A DNA stretch of 64,000 nucleotides, taken from Chrysemys picta bellii. Lineage: Eukaryota. Shown piece after piece: positions 1 through 12,824 of the stretch. Location: positions 77,500,001 through 77,564,000 of the forward strand of contig NC_088801.1 of assembly GCF_011386835.1 (NCBI RefSeq), read 5' to 3'. The notes below the pieces were generated by a model. The model saw only the letters and a list, made by a program, of their open reading frames with translations, searched no databases and was not told where the DNA came from. Position numbers and translations under genes: made by a program. Numbering within the stretch: position 1 is the stretch's first letter; each line of letters starts with the position of its first letter.

Positions 1-266
1 GCAAGAAAGAGGCTCTGGGAGACACTGCTGGCTGGGGTGCAGTGTGGGTGGGGCAGGCACGAATGGCAAACGCAGAGCAAAGCAAAATTAAAAACAATTT
101 AACTTCAAAAAATGCAAAAGCCATGGGATTTTCTCTCTCTAATACGCAGCATGGTATGATTTGTGTTAGACGAGTTATGGCGGAAATGTTCAACCCTGGC
201 CCCCAGGTCTACAGTGTCAGGATCGGCTGAGCCTAGAGCACCCCCAGCTGACTTCATTGGGGATTT

Positions 267-1366
267 ATAGAATCATAGACTATCAGGGTTGGAAGAGACC
301 TCGGGAGGTCATTTAGTCCAACCCCCTGCTCAAAGCAGGACCAACCCCAACTAAATCATCCCAGCCAGGGCTTTGTCAAACCTGACCTTAAAAACTTCAA
401 AGGAAGGAGATTCTACCACCTCCCTAGGTAACCCCTTCCAGTGCTTCACCACCCTCCTAGTGAAAAAGTGTTTCCTAATATCCAACCTAAACCTCCCCAC
501 TGCAACTTGAGACCATTGCTCCTTGTTCTGTCATCCGCCACCACTGAGAACAGTCTAGATCCATCCTCCTTGGAACCCCCCTTCAGGTAGTTGAAAGCAG
601 CTATCAAATCCCCCCTCATTCTTCTCTTCTGCAGATTAAATAATCCCAGTTCCCTCGGCCTCTCCTCGTAAGTCATGTGCCCCAGCCCCCTAATCATTTT
701 CATTGCCCTCTGCTGGACTCTCTCCAATTTGTCCACATACTTTCTGTAGTGGGGGCTCCAAAACTGGACACAGTACTCCAGATGTGGTCTCACCGGTGCC
801 GAATAGAGGGGAATAATCACGTCCCTCAATCTGCTGGCAATGCTCCTACTAATTCAGCCCAATATGCCGTTAGCCTTCTTGGCAACAAGGACACACTGTT
901 GATCATATCCAGCTTCTTGTTCACTGTAATCCCCAGGTCCTTTTCTGCAGAACTGCTGCTTAGCCAGTCAGTCCCCAGTCTGTAGCAGTGCATGGGATGC
1001 TTCCGTCCTAAGTGCAGGACTCTGCACTTGTCCTTGTTGAACCTCATCAGATTTCTTTTGGCCCAATCCTCCAATTTGTCTAGGTCACTCTGGACTCTAT
1101 CCTTACCCTCCAGCGTATCTACCTCTCCCCGCAGCTTAGTGTCATCCGTGAACTTGCTGAGGGTGCAATCCATCCCATCATCCAGATCATTAATGAAGAC
1201 GTTGAACAAAACCGGCGCCTGGACAGACCCCTGGGGCACTCCGCTTGATACTGGCTGCCAACTAGACATGGAGCTGTTGATCACTACCCGTTGAGCCCGA
1301 CGATCTAGCCAGCTTTCTATCCACCTTACAGTCCATTCATCCAGCCCATACTTCTTTAGCTTGATT
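267..1366 (-). mobile_element. CR1 LINE, 5'-truncated (C-terminal half of ORF2 RT plus 3' UTR)
   Basis: Minus ORFs 826-1284 (GVPQGSV..PVLFNVFINDLD..SKFTDDTKL) and 446-829 ([13 protein letters not shown]-like; [16 protein letters not shown]) are CR1 RT motifs. The reverse complement of the (TTCTATGA)n tail starts at 267. Confidence 0.95.
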
Positions 1367-1601
1367 CACTTGTGCGCTAGGCTTCTGAAAGCCAGGCTGC
1401 CGCTCTTTAGATCCCTGAAGGAGTCCAGCTTTGGGCCCCTTGTTTGAGAACTTTGCCCTAAATCTCTCAGCGTTTTTCAGCATCAGTGTAAGCTTTGAGA
1501 GAGAGAAGCACTTGGGTTGGGCCTTTTCTCAAATGCTAAATCTAAGCTCTGTTCCCCGCTGCTGCTTAATTCACAGAGAGTTCAGCTTCCTTAGCTGTTG
1601 G

Positions 1602-1787
1602 CAGGGCTGGATTTACACCTTAGGCGCCCCTAGGCACAGCATCTTCAGCGCCACCCCTGCCTACAGCTGACCTTCGCGTTTTCCGTAAAAAATGAAAGTT
1701 TTAACTCCTTTTTAACTGTTAGCTGCTCCTAGAATGCTGACGCCCCTAGGCACTTGCCTGCTGTGCCTAATTGGAAATCCCGTCCTG
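1602..1787. mobile_element. hAT-type non-autonomous DNA transposon (MITE)
   Basis: Imperfect TIRs CAGGGCTGGATTT / AAATCCCGTCCTG and a perfect 8-bp TSD GCTGTTGG (1594-1601, 1788-1795). Confidence 0.85.
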
Positions 1788-2329
1788 GCTGTTGGCTAGC
1801 TTGCTGCACCTCGGGAGAGAGAGAGAAATGCAGTGAGGCCAGCCAGCAGATAACACTCCTGTAATGCAGTGCTCACTGGAGAGGCTCTAGCACTTTGTGA
1901 CTCAGGGAGATGTGCCCGTGATTCCCTGGATCTGTCACTGATCCCGCTCAAATCGGAATGGGACCATGCTGCACTTGTAACTCCCAGCACGTGCTCCTGG
2001 GGACAGAGAGCATGGGAAGATGGCGGTGTCTGTGCTTGTCTAGAGTAAAGGAGGGCTCCCTTTCAATGCAGAGCATTGGTGAATTTGTTTTCATTAGATG
2101 ATTTCCTGTTTAAAATGTACTGGTTTGGCAGTGGTGGAAATGCTTCTTTCGTGGAGTTGGAGAGAGGACCCCAAAGTTGAAGCCTAAGTCACCCCTTTTC
2201 AGGAATGCTGTTAATCCACTGGCCACCAGATAGCTGCCTGTGCCTTGTCGTGAAAAGTCTGTAAAGAACTTGGATTAAAGAGAGAAGAAGGGGTGTACAG
2301 AGGTCTAGGAGCGGAGTATGTTGGCCATA

Positions 2330-2830
2330 CTTGCAGCATGGGGGACTGTATCCTAGAAAGCTGTGAATCTGAAAAGGATTTAGGGATCCTGGTAAATAAC
2401 CAGTTTAACAGGAAGGGATAATGTGATATTTGGCTGTATAAACACAGGAGTATCGCCTGGGTTTGGGGAAACCCTGGAAAAGGTTGTCCAGTTCTGGTGT
2501 TCACACTTCTTAAAAAGGGTACTATGAAACTGAGAAGGGCTCAGCCATGAGAACCATGACTTGTGGTTGGGGAAAATACAACTTCTAATGAGACTAAAGG
2601 AGCTCAGTCTCTCGGCTTTGAAACAGAAGGGAGATCGAGATGAAGCTATCTGACATTAGAGGCCCTTTAATATAGTGGACAAAGTCCTATGAGGTTCAGT
2701 GGCTGGAAGTAGGAGTTGGACAAACTGAACTAAGACTCAGGGTCTTGAGTGAAGGCTATCAACCCGTGAAACGGCGTTTGGAGGGAAGTGGTCAAGTCGT
2801 CATCCTGGGAAATCTCGAGGGGAGAGTTTC
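2330..2830 (+). mobile_element. Old, degraded CR1 3' fragment
   Basis: Decayed CR1 ORF2 motifs: gaaaaggatttagggatcctgg (EKDLG), gtccagttctggtgttcacac (VQFW), aaggagctcagtctc, and a ggctggaag..gacaaact 3' region. Confidence 0.6.
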
Positions 2831-5324
2831 AGAAGCACCTAAGAATTTAGGCGTGAAAGTCAATGGGACGTTATGCGCCTAACCCAGTTATTTACTTCTG
2901 AGAATCCCACCCTTATTAGCATTGTCTGTTTATCAGATATATGCTGTAGTTCAACCACAGGTTATTGGAGTGGATAGTGGTTGCGCAGTGCGGAAGAACA
3001 ATTCCCTCCACTGCAGGAATCCCGGGGAGAGTTTCTCTGGCTTGTGCTGTGCAGGAGGTCAGGCTGGCGAATCATCGTGGTGCTATCTCATCTTAACACC
3101 TGCGTTGTTTCAGGTGCCTTGACTTCCCTTTTTGGAAAATTAGGGCATTGTACAGCAGAATGGAGTAACTCAGTGTCTCATGCCAGGCTGTAGAAATAGA
3201 TTCCATATTGTGAAGTATATGGGAAGAATTAATTGAGAGCTATATTCTAGTACCAGCTAAGTCTTGGAGCCTAAACTTTTAACAACAAAAACCCAACCCT
3301 CCATTCTCTGGTAGTCATGGGCACATATAAACATGTCTACAATTCTCATATTGGGCAAATGCGAAGTCTGAGCTGCCAAGAATGCCACAGTAGGGGGACC
3401 AGACTGTGTTGCTATGGGAAAAACCTGCCATGATCTCCCTCCTCTAGAGCGCTTGTCCTTGGAACTCTCTGTTCAGGTCTCCCAGTGGGTAATGAGAAAT
3501 AGGGTTCAGTGAGCTACTCAATGTGTTCCTATTAGGGCTGATATTCTTGCAATGTCGTCTGCCTGACGTGTTCCCTGACTTGATGAATAGGGCTGTCTTG
3601 AGGTGGCTGGGGGGGCCTGTTGCTGGGCTTGTAACTGATATCTGGCTGCCAGGTGAGTCATCCACCCTACTAGTTGCCAAGGCAAAACTCTCTCAGGCTG
3701 CTGCAGTAGCAGCCTTTATAAGGTTATTTTAGCTTGCATGCAGGGGAAGGGTGGAACCAGGCCCGTTCTATGGAGATTAAGGGTGGTGAATGTGTGGCTG
3801 TGAATGTCTAGAATATGGAATCCACCCCATTAGGTTTGTGCCCTGAGGCCTCTGACGATTCCTGGTCTTACAGGGCTCAGTTCTACAAGAGCTGGCCCCG
3901 ATCCAACACAGCACTCCAGTGTCTGCCTTAGCTTTAAGCACATGGCTAGTCCCACGGGCTGCTTACGTGCTTTGCTGAATGGGGGCCTGAGTGCTCCGCA
4001 CCTTGCAGCCCTCTGTGGGACATGACCGCTGTCACCTGACTCACTGTCTCACTCTGAGTGACTATGATGTAATCTAGCATGGTTTTCTCTTACCAAACCA
4101 GCTCAGTATGGTCAGGTCTCATTACTTACTTCAAAATCCATCAGCCTTGCTTCGGAGCGGGCCAGAGCACTATTACCGTAAGAGAGGGCAAGTATTGGAA
4201 TTGCTGTCCTCGCTTTTGGAATATTTCGTAACTCTGACATAACCCTGCAATTCTGATGTTACCAGCTCTAACGAGACTGACAGCATTACTTCGCACTTCC
4301 AGCCCCAGTTCGGCCCCCGCACAGGGAACAATTAACCAGTGAGAGAACCTAAAGCGATGATCCCCTGAGGGAGCAGGTAGAGCTTGTGAAAGGAGCCAGG
4401 CTGACCGCTCTGGAGGCTAGAGTCCAGTCTTTACCAACAGAATGGGGACAGCCCAGAGAGAGGCGTGTCGAGCTAGCAAGTATATTTCTGGGCTCCGCAT
4501 GGCGGGAGCTGAATATTTAATATCCAGTCTGTTTGGGAAACGGGCAGAGCATGACAGGGAGCAGGATGAAAGGCGTGTGAAGGAAAGCTCCCCTTTACCT
4601 CTGCGCTCTCCTGGCCCTGCTTTAGAGGGCATGGCCATTTGGGGTGAGAGGATATCAAGTCTTCTCTCTTTTGCCAGTGTCCGCAGGAATGCCCAGTGCG
4701 AGTGGGTACGCTTTCCATTGACACGGGATTGAGACCACGTGCTCATTCCCCAGAGAGGGGATGCCGGTACGCATAAAGTGGTAACACCTTTTACTCACTG
4801 CTGACCCAGATCAGGTTTGAATCTGTGACCGAGAGGCTGTGTATCTAACTACTGATCCTTAGAAACAGCCAGTCCTATAATAATCTCTTACAAGTCAAAT
4901 TAAGCATAATATATGTTACTGTCTTCTGGAAGTTATCCTTAAATGGAATACTAATAGGGTTAGTTTACTTGAAGTCTGCTGTAAGTATTCAGTCCCTTAG
5001 TGAGAGCACTTTCTGCAAGACTACTTGTAACCCTTCAGTTACAATGGAGATGGCATTTAGAGTTATAATGATGGGAAAACAGGATACTCTCCAGAACGTG
5101 GAGTCTTCCATGCCTCTCAAACCCCTCCCTCCCTGGCTGTGTGGCATTTCCCAGGGAGCATGGGGGGTTTCATCTCTGTGCTGAACCCTGTTCTGCTCTG
5201 GGAATCCATGGACTAGCAGAGCAGGATTACAAGTGTTCTTTGTACACAATATGTAGAGATTTAATTTCTTACTACCCTTGGGATGAAACGTGGCCACAGA
5301 GGCTGCTGAAAAGTGACATTATTG

Positions 5325-6239
5325 GTACAAGGGGGATGTCGTGGTGGGCATCTGCTATAGACAACCGGACCAGGAAGATGCAGTAGATGAGGCTTTCTTC
5401 AGGCAACTGACAGAAGTTTCCAGATCACAGGCCCTGGTTCTCATGAGGCATATCAATCACCCTGACATCTGCTGGGAGAGCAATACAGCAGTGTACAGAC
5501 AATCCAGGAAGTTTTTGGAGAGTGTTGGGGACAACTTCCTGGTGCAAGTGCTGGAGGAACCTACTAGAGGCCGTGCTCCTCTTGACCTGCTACTCACAAC
5601 AGGGAAGAATTGGTAGGACAAGTAGAAGTGGGTAGCAACCTGGATAGCAGTGACCATGAGATGGTCGAGTTCAGGATCCTGACACAAGGAAGAAAGGAGA
5701 GCAGCATAATATGGACCCTGGACTTCAGAAAAGCAGACTTTGACTCCCTCAGGGAACAGATGGGCAGGATCCCTGCTTTGAGCAGGGGATTGGACTACAT
5801 GACCTCTTGAGGTCTCTTCCAACCCTAATATTCTATGATCTCCTGGGAAGCTAATATATGGGGGGAAAGGAGTCCAGGAGAGCTGGCTGTATTTTAAAGA
5901 AGGAGGGCGCAGGAACAAGGGTGGTTCCAAAGAGGATGGAGCTCGGCTGTTCTCAGTGGTGGCAGATGACAGAGCAAGAAGCGATGGTCTCAAGTTGCAG
6001 TGGGGGAGGTCTCAGTTGGATATTAGGAAACACTATTTTACTAGGAGGGTGGTAAAGCACTGGAATGGTGGGTTACCTAAGGAGATGGTGAAATCTCCTT
6101 CCTTAGAGGTTTTTAAGGTCTGGCTTGACAAAGCCCTGGCTGGGATGATTTAGTTGGGGTTGGTCCTGCTTTGAGCAGGGGTTGGACTAGATGACCTCTT
6201 GAGGTCTCTTCCAACCCTAATCTTCTAAGATTCTATGAT
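5325..6239 (+). mobile_element. Rearranged CR1: endonuclease fragment, inserted CR1 tail, large internal deletion and 3' end
   Basis: ORF 5341-5616 (VVGICYRQPDQE..FFRQL..LVLM...NHPDICWESNTA) is CR1 APE. 5918-6239 is the CR1 RT end and UTR ending TTCTAAGATTCTATGA. The central RT is absent. Confidence 0.9.
5772..5839 (+). mobile_element. Short CR1 3'-tail insertion nested in CR1 ORF2
   Basis: cctgctttgagcagggg..ttccaaccctaatattctatga interrupts the contiguous CR1 coding text ggcaggatccc|ctgggaagctaatat, with a TSD-like GATCCC / GATCTCC. Confidence 0.75.
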
Positions 6240-6435
6240 ACTTTATTTATAGTGTGGTTGGTGAAAATGGATAATTTGGCTTTAACACTGCAGCCAAGAG
6301 GTTAAAGAGAGGGAAACTTCCTTTTATATTCCCTTACCTCTGTATTGTTGGGTTTTTTTGAATGGGTGTTATGTTAAAGCCCCATGACTTGTATTTTAGA
6401 AATGTATTTGGCAGCTATACATTATAGATGTAAAG

Positions 6436-6703
6436 CAGAGGTCCCCAAGCTGAGGCGTGTGGCCCCCTTAGGGTGTGCAGAGGAATGTTTGTGGGGGCTG
6501 GGCCCATCCAGCCACGCCATACCCCCAGCTCTGCTCAGGCCCTGCTCCCAGCCCCAGCCCCACCTCCAGCTGTGGCCCAAGCCTTGGCCCCTTTACTATT
6601 GTCTGCATCCCCCTACCCCGAGCCACAGCCCCTGCTCCTGGGGCGGGGATGCGGACAGGGTAAAGGGGGGGTGGCGTGACCCTGAAACGTTTGGGAACCG
6701 TTG
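6436..6703. mobile_element. hAT-like MITE with GC-rich interior
   Basis: Ends CAGAGGTCCCCAA ... TTGGGAACCGTTG resemble hAT TIRs. The interior has cccagcc/ccctg repeats. No clean 8-bp TSD is visible. Confidence 0.55.
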
Positions 6704-7035
6704 TCTCTCCTGAGTGCTGTATTCTCTTTCCGAAGAGATTACATGGCTCGTGCTCCAGGCATGTTACAGTTGTAACTTCAGCCAGATTTACAGTTTCCCG
6801 AGGTAGCCATGTAAACCAGGTTGGCTGCATGGCCCGGGCTGTGAGCTTCTTGTGTAAGGAAGAGAAGCCAGTCCTTCCGGAGAGTTGTTCCCATACGAAA
6901 CCGAGCCTAAGCCTGTGCCCTGTTACCAATCAGGACACAGCAATCGCTGTATGAGTTGGGGGTTGGGAGTACAATGAAGTGGACCGTTTTCAGGGCTCTG
7001 GTCGGCATATGGTGTGGACAGGTAGGAAAGATGGA

Positions 7036-7039
<4 letters not shown>

Positions 7040-7087
<48 letters not shown>
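7040..7087 (+). repeat. (GT)n microsatellite
   Basis: Uninterrupted GT run of about 48 bp. Confidence 0.97.
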
Positions 7088-7088
<1 letters not shown>

Positions 7089-10000
7089 ACTCACACCATA
7101 TTGACTGACCTGATCACTCTCCCTTTGTGGCAAGTGATGGCAAGAAAAAAGAAAATCTGCCTGACTGTAGCAACATCATTTGTGCATCCTCTGCTGGGGA
7201 GCTCTATCTGCACACAGGCTAAACAGACTACAGCAATGGGTGTCTACAACTCCACTTGTATGATGTCTTTCATTTTCGGATGTTCGTTTGGTTTAGTTTT
7301 TGTATGATTTCCCTTCTCCCCCTTTTATTCCTGTTGAAATTACAAAGTTATTTTTATTTTAAAAAAGATGTAAATATTTTAATTGTAAATATGCTCCCAG
7401 CTGCTCTGAATACAAGCTGGGTCTCAAATGCTTTACAAAATTACTACTACCTTCAGAGCTGAAACAATAACCTAGGGAGAGAAAGGAGCAGCGAGGGAGA
7501 AGAGCGATTGTGAACTGAGCTGGAGAGCTCCTGAGGCAGGGAGATAGATGGAGGCTGTTCCAGACTGCAGGAGCCATCAGACTAAAAATAGAAACCAAAA
7601 TCTCAAATTCAAGTCACTTCTTCAGCCAGTGCATTTATTTGCTTTAGAACATCAGTGGTGATTTCTTGGCAATTCCTGCATCTCTTGAGTCTCGTCGGTG
7701 CTCTGGTATCGCCGATTGCTGTGTAGTCTCTGGGAGACGCAGGCCATTTTGCATGGCACAATTCATGACCCAGCATGACTGACGGTGTTGCTGTTCATCT
7801 GTTCTAGTCCCAGTCCTCTCTAGCCTTCCTGAGGCACTTTTCCGGATCTTTCTGTGTGCGCACGACGGCTTTAGGTCCCTTGTCTGCACCATTGTTCTGT
7901 GTATGCAGATCACACACACTTATTTGCATATGCGCTCTATATGGCCACTGGTATTCTAACGTCCTCATGTTTTCTACCTTCATGCTACACAAAAGGATTG
8001 GCAAATTTGCCCAAGTCAATAAAACCAAGAATTCACAGTGACTAGATTTGGTATCAAACAGCATTTCTGTTGCTTTGCCCCTTTGAGCCTTTATTCCCTG
8101 GACTTTTGCTGCTGCTGTTCAGTGCTTCCCACGAGGGGTGCCAAGACCAGGAGATGAATTTGTTTCCTTAGCTGTGATTTTAGTTCTCATCCTGGAGGGC
8201 ATCCAGTAACGAGGCAAGCCATCCCTGCGGGTCAGATCACATGCTCTGTGTGAGAATGCTTGTTCCGGTAATGCGTCCTCGGCAGTGCAGTTATTGGTAT
8301 TGATAACATTGATCCAGTGTGTGTGGTTTCTGCTTTGGGGTCAGTGCAGCTCTGCCGTGGTCCGGCAGAGGGAGTCAGAGCTCAGGGGTGTCTCCTGTGG
8401 GTGCAATTGCCAGACCGGATCAGAGCCCAGGTCCGTCTAGCCCAGTGTCCTGTCTCTGGCAGTGCCCAGCACCCCGTGCGTCAGAGCCCGGCAGAGACCG
8501 GGGTGGGATAATCCGCGTAATTGCTGCTAGTTAGAGGTTGGCTTGAGCCTTGCAGCATGAGGTTTAATCTCCCTTCCACGAGTCTTTGTTCTAACCACTC
8601 CGGATAGTCATGTTCCCATGTAAATACCCAGTCCCTTTGTTGACTTCAGGCCGTCCCCTGGCACGGATCCACCGTCTGACTTCATTTCGGGTGAAACCGG
8701 TTTTTTATCCTTTGAATGAGCAGGCCTAACCCCTGGGTACTGCCCAGATCAGCATGAAGTGTCGTCTCTGACTGCTTGTTTGCCAAATGCAGCCAGCGTG
8801 CCCTAGGGAGAGAGGTCCAGCGACGGGGTGTTTTGGGCTTGTGCTGGATACAGGAGACTGTTGTGCTCGTTTGCTTATTGATACACAGAAAGCTCTGAGC
8901 TGGGAAAGAAATTCCATAGCAGGGAAGCTCTGTATAAGTCCCAGGAACACACCCAAAGGCCTGACACTTCCCACCTCTGTGTTTGTGTGGCCTGCACATC
9001 CTGACTGTGGATGGTATTCTCCTCTGCCCCTGTGTGCGTAGGGGTGTTGTAGGAAGTAAACAGAGCCGTGTATCTCTTCTTTCTGATTCCATGCGCACAT
9101 GCTGTAGGTGTTAGATAATATGCACATTAGGGGGCAGCAAAAAGCTCTGCCTTTTTCTAGGTCAGTTCTCTAGTTCTGCAAGACGTCTTTTTCTGCAGGA
9201 CACGGACACGCACACACACTCCAATTCCTCCTTCCATTTCCTCCTTATTTACCCCCTTGTGCAGCCAGACTGTGGAACTGGGGCAGATGGGCAAAAACTT
9301 TGCCCCGGCGTAAATGGTTCAGGGATTTCTCTGATAGTAAAACTTGCTTCTCAGAAGCTGTTTGGGGGCAAAAGAAAAAAAAATGAAATGAGAAAGTCCC
9401 AGGAGTTGGGCAGCATTAAAACAGGCAGGCTCATGCAGCGTGGGCATGTGAAAGGCATCACAGACGTGTGGTTAGCAACTCACTTGCTTTCCCACACTGC
9501 CTAATTCTTAGTTGGACTGTGTCCATTCAGCAGCTATTTGATTGTCCACTGCACCAAGCTCCCCCAGTTGCTGCCTCCTTTGTCTCCTCTCAGAAAATGT
9601 GTGAATCAGCCGACTCTTTATGGGAAGGCGTTTTTGAATGAGGTTTGCATGTGAGCATAACTCCTCTGGAGCATAACTCCTGTCAATAAACACGGCACAA
9701 CTTTTACAGGCCAAGCGAAGCCGGGACTCGCAGCCCAATGTCACGTTGCTTTTACTGGATGTATTATTTATTATATAATGTGCATAATCGAATGTCAGTG
9801 CTGCTTGGCTTTGCCATTGTCGACGGTGACGCACCAGCTGGGACAGAGGCTGTCTGGAAACCCTGGCTGGAGGTGAATCGCTCTAGCGCATGTTCTGCTT
9901 AGCGGTGGTTCTCACACGGTGATGCTGCTGCCCACCCTCGGGGACACATGCAAATCCAAGGCACTGGAATGGCAGGGAGAAGGGATCTTACGCTTTAGCA

Positions 10001-11119
10001 AAATGGACTGCTAGCGAGCAACAGGCAGATTGGCTTCTACTGGGTCTTCAGCAGAAACAAGCTACAGTAGCAAGACAAGATGGAGGCTTCCAAATTGTAC
10101 CAATGGATGGTTTCCGGGGAAGATGCCCCTCCCCCGCCCCCAGCTGCTCTTTGCTAAACTACTTGATCTAGGGAAGTGCAAGTCTGTTTGTATGGGAGGG
10201 ATGCCGTGAGTTGGAGGGGATGCATTTTTTGCAGTCACAGAAATGTATCTGTGCAGCTGCTTCCCATTAGACTTTGTAAACTGCAGCTGCCCTCCTTGCC
10301 CGGGAGTTTTGCCGGGCGCTCTGGAGGTCAGGCTGTAGTTTGCTCAGCCTGTCCCCAGCCCCGTGTGGTGTTCGCACTTGCTGACACGTTACCTGGGAAG
10401 GCTGTAGTGCAGGGGGATCCTTGGATTGTTTCATCCCGCCCTACCTCATCCTGGCAGAACCCCTTTCTGCTTGATTTTGCTGCAGTTTGAACAGGTTTTA
10501 ATGAGAAACTGTGGGCAAATGGCAGTGAAGTGGATGGGGAGGAACCAACATGTCAGGCAATGGGGTGGTGAAGTGGAACAAGGCTTTGAAAATCAGGCAT
10601 CACATTCGACAGCTCTTGAATGGCAAAGCCGTGTTTGCAAATTGTGTGGGTATTTTCCTGCATAGTTATTCAATAGTGGAGGAGCAGGACTTTGTCAACA
10701 GGTAAACAGGTTTAACGTAATGTGGAACAGCAAAGCCATAAGGCACGTCCCTGTTAAACGTACAGAACAGACTGAGTTGTATTGAGCAGTGTGGGGTGCT
10801 GGGATTGTCCCGGCGGTTCTTTGTACAGAGAAAAATACTTCTTGACAACGTCTCTAGTGTAACTTTGACGCGTCTTCCAAGGCTGTCTCACTTCTCCTGA
10901 GCAGAAGGGGCTGCTTTCTTGGGGCTTGGGTCCCTCCCTTGTTGTTTGAAGAGTGTGTGCGTGTTTTTGTTTGGAGGGGAGGGAGGGAGCCTTGGCTTTT
11001 CAAAGGATTATTTTGGGCACAAAGATAAATATGGCAATGTCACTGTGCAGGGAAAGGTCCTGTTTAAAGGGCCACGGTCAAGTGCCTGACTCCCTAATTA
11101 TGAACAATATGTACCCAGC

Positions 11120-11290
11120 GGTTCTCATCCATAGACCCCAAAGCACTTTATCCCGGAGGGGAAATATCAGTCTCCCCATTCTACGGCTGGGGAAATTGAA
11201 GCCAGAGCGATGAAGTGAATGTTCTGAGGTCACAGAGTAGGTGGGAATGGGTCTATATTGACTCAGTTTGCTGTCCTATCCCTGGATGGT
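11120..11290 (-). mobile_element. MIR/CORE-SINE fragment
   Basis: ccccattctacggctggggaaattgaagccagagcgatgaagtgaatgttctgaggtcacagag resembles the antisense CORE (cccattttacagatggggaaactgaggcacagag). Confidence 0.6.
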
Positions 11291-12399
11291 GCTGAGGCCC
11301 ATGGGATCTGTGAATGGGTGGCATCTCTGGAGATCAGGCCCAAGATGTCTTGGCTCAGGCGCCTGGAGTTAATGGATGCCCTTTAGCATATGGGCATTTT
11401 TGCAACAGTTTTCTGACCTGTGCAAGCCCAGGAGGGTCGTTGCCTGCCTCCCTGCCAGGTGGTGCCTGCCGATCAGGTGAAGGAGACTGAGATTTTAGAT
11501 TTTACAGAGCACTCCCACCATTGTTATGGCGGGCCAGCCCTACTGGGAGAGCCACATCAGGAGAGCTGGTGGAAACAGGGCAGCGGGTGGCTGACGGCCC
11601 TTTCCCCGCCGCGTTGTTTAACCCTGTTCAGAGCAGGCCGGTGCGCCATGCCCACCGGCATCCTGTCTGTGGTAGCACTCCTCCCAGCGGAGAGCGTGAG
11701 CAGGACGCCCTGGGGTATGCAGTACTGCAGGCGTTGCCAGCACTAGGATTGCACTTGTCCTGGTGGAGAGCAAAGAGCAGCACCGAGTCACCTGGCAAGG
11801 GGTGGCTCTGTACCACTGCAGAGTTAGTCGGCCGGTGCTGCTGGTGCAGTGTGGCCCTTCCAGAATGCCTCTGCGGGCCCAAATCTTTCTTCCTTGGGAG
11901 TGACGGCGGCTTCTGCCATGTGCTGTGCCCGAGTTCTCTGCCCTGTGTGGGGCTGGGCGTGCTGTCCCAGCCCCCGGGCCAGTCTGCACCTTGAGAACGG
12001 TGGCGGCAGGCTGGCCCCGCTTGCGTGTGAGCCCAAGGAACAGGGCCTGGGTGTTCTGCGCTGGGGACTGAGTTTTAGCTTGTGGTTGCCCCCGACGTTC
12101 CTACACAGTGTGCAGCAGAGAGAAATGGCCGCAGGTTTGTTACCCTCTAGGAATCTGGACAGCCAAATGTGGTGCCAGAAATAATGGAAGAGAACAGCAA
12201 ATTGAGTTGGACGCCATCCTTGTATAGAAGCATAACGGACGGCTCCAAGAACAATATATACCTGGCGTCTGGCAGTGCCTAGAGGTTCCCGCTGAGATAA
12301 GGTCCCAAGGCTGCTGGGCACTGCATAGACAGTGAGAGAAAGAGAGAGAGGCCTGACCCTGAAGAGAAGATAGACAATGCTGTTTTCTTCCTGCTCTGT

Positions 12400-12470
12400 G
12401 TTTCCATTTTACAGATGGGGAGACTGAGGCCTGGTGCCAGGAACAGAGCTCTGAGCTCCTGGGTCCCAGA
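12400..12470 (-). mobile_element. MIR/CORE-SINE fragment
   Basis: ccattttacagatggggagactgaggc is the CORE motif. Confidence 0.6.
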
Positions 12471-12824
12471 GCTGTCCTTTCACCACGAGCCCAGCCGTAC
12501 TCTTACAAGGCTCTGCAGTGGGTGAGCCAGAGAACTGAGCTGCGCCGTGGGCGTTGTCCATTCAGCGATGAGAGCTGGGGTATTGCATTGTCTGGTGCGG
12601 TTATAACAGGGAGTCTCACTGTAGAAGCTCAGTGTCTGGTTTAGAGTGTGAAGAGCAGCATGATGGAAAGGAAACGTGATCCCTGTCTTGGTCGAGCTGG
12701 GGGCTGGAGTATTTCTGGTGTGTACATACTCTTGGGCAGTAGAGTGAGCGGAGCCCTGGGGCTTGTCATGCAGATCTCCATGGCTGATCTTTGGTGCTGG
12801 AGGCTGCCTAAGGAACACAGCAGG

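Noticed and set aside
4442-4732. 96-aa ORF (MAGAEYLISSLFGKR...) as a possible coding exon
   Set aside because: I recognise no homolog and see no convincing splice context or partner exons; the length is compatible with chance.
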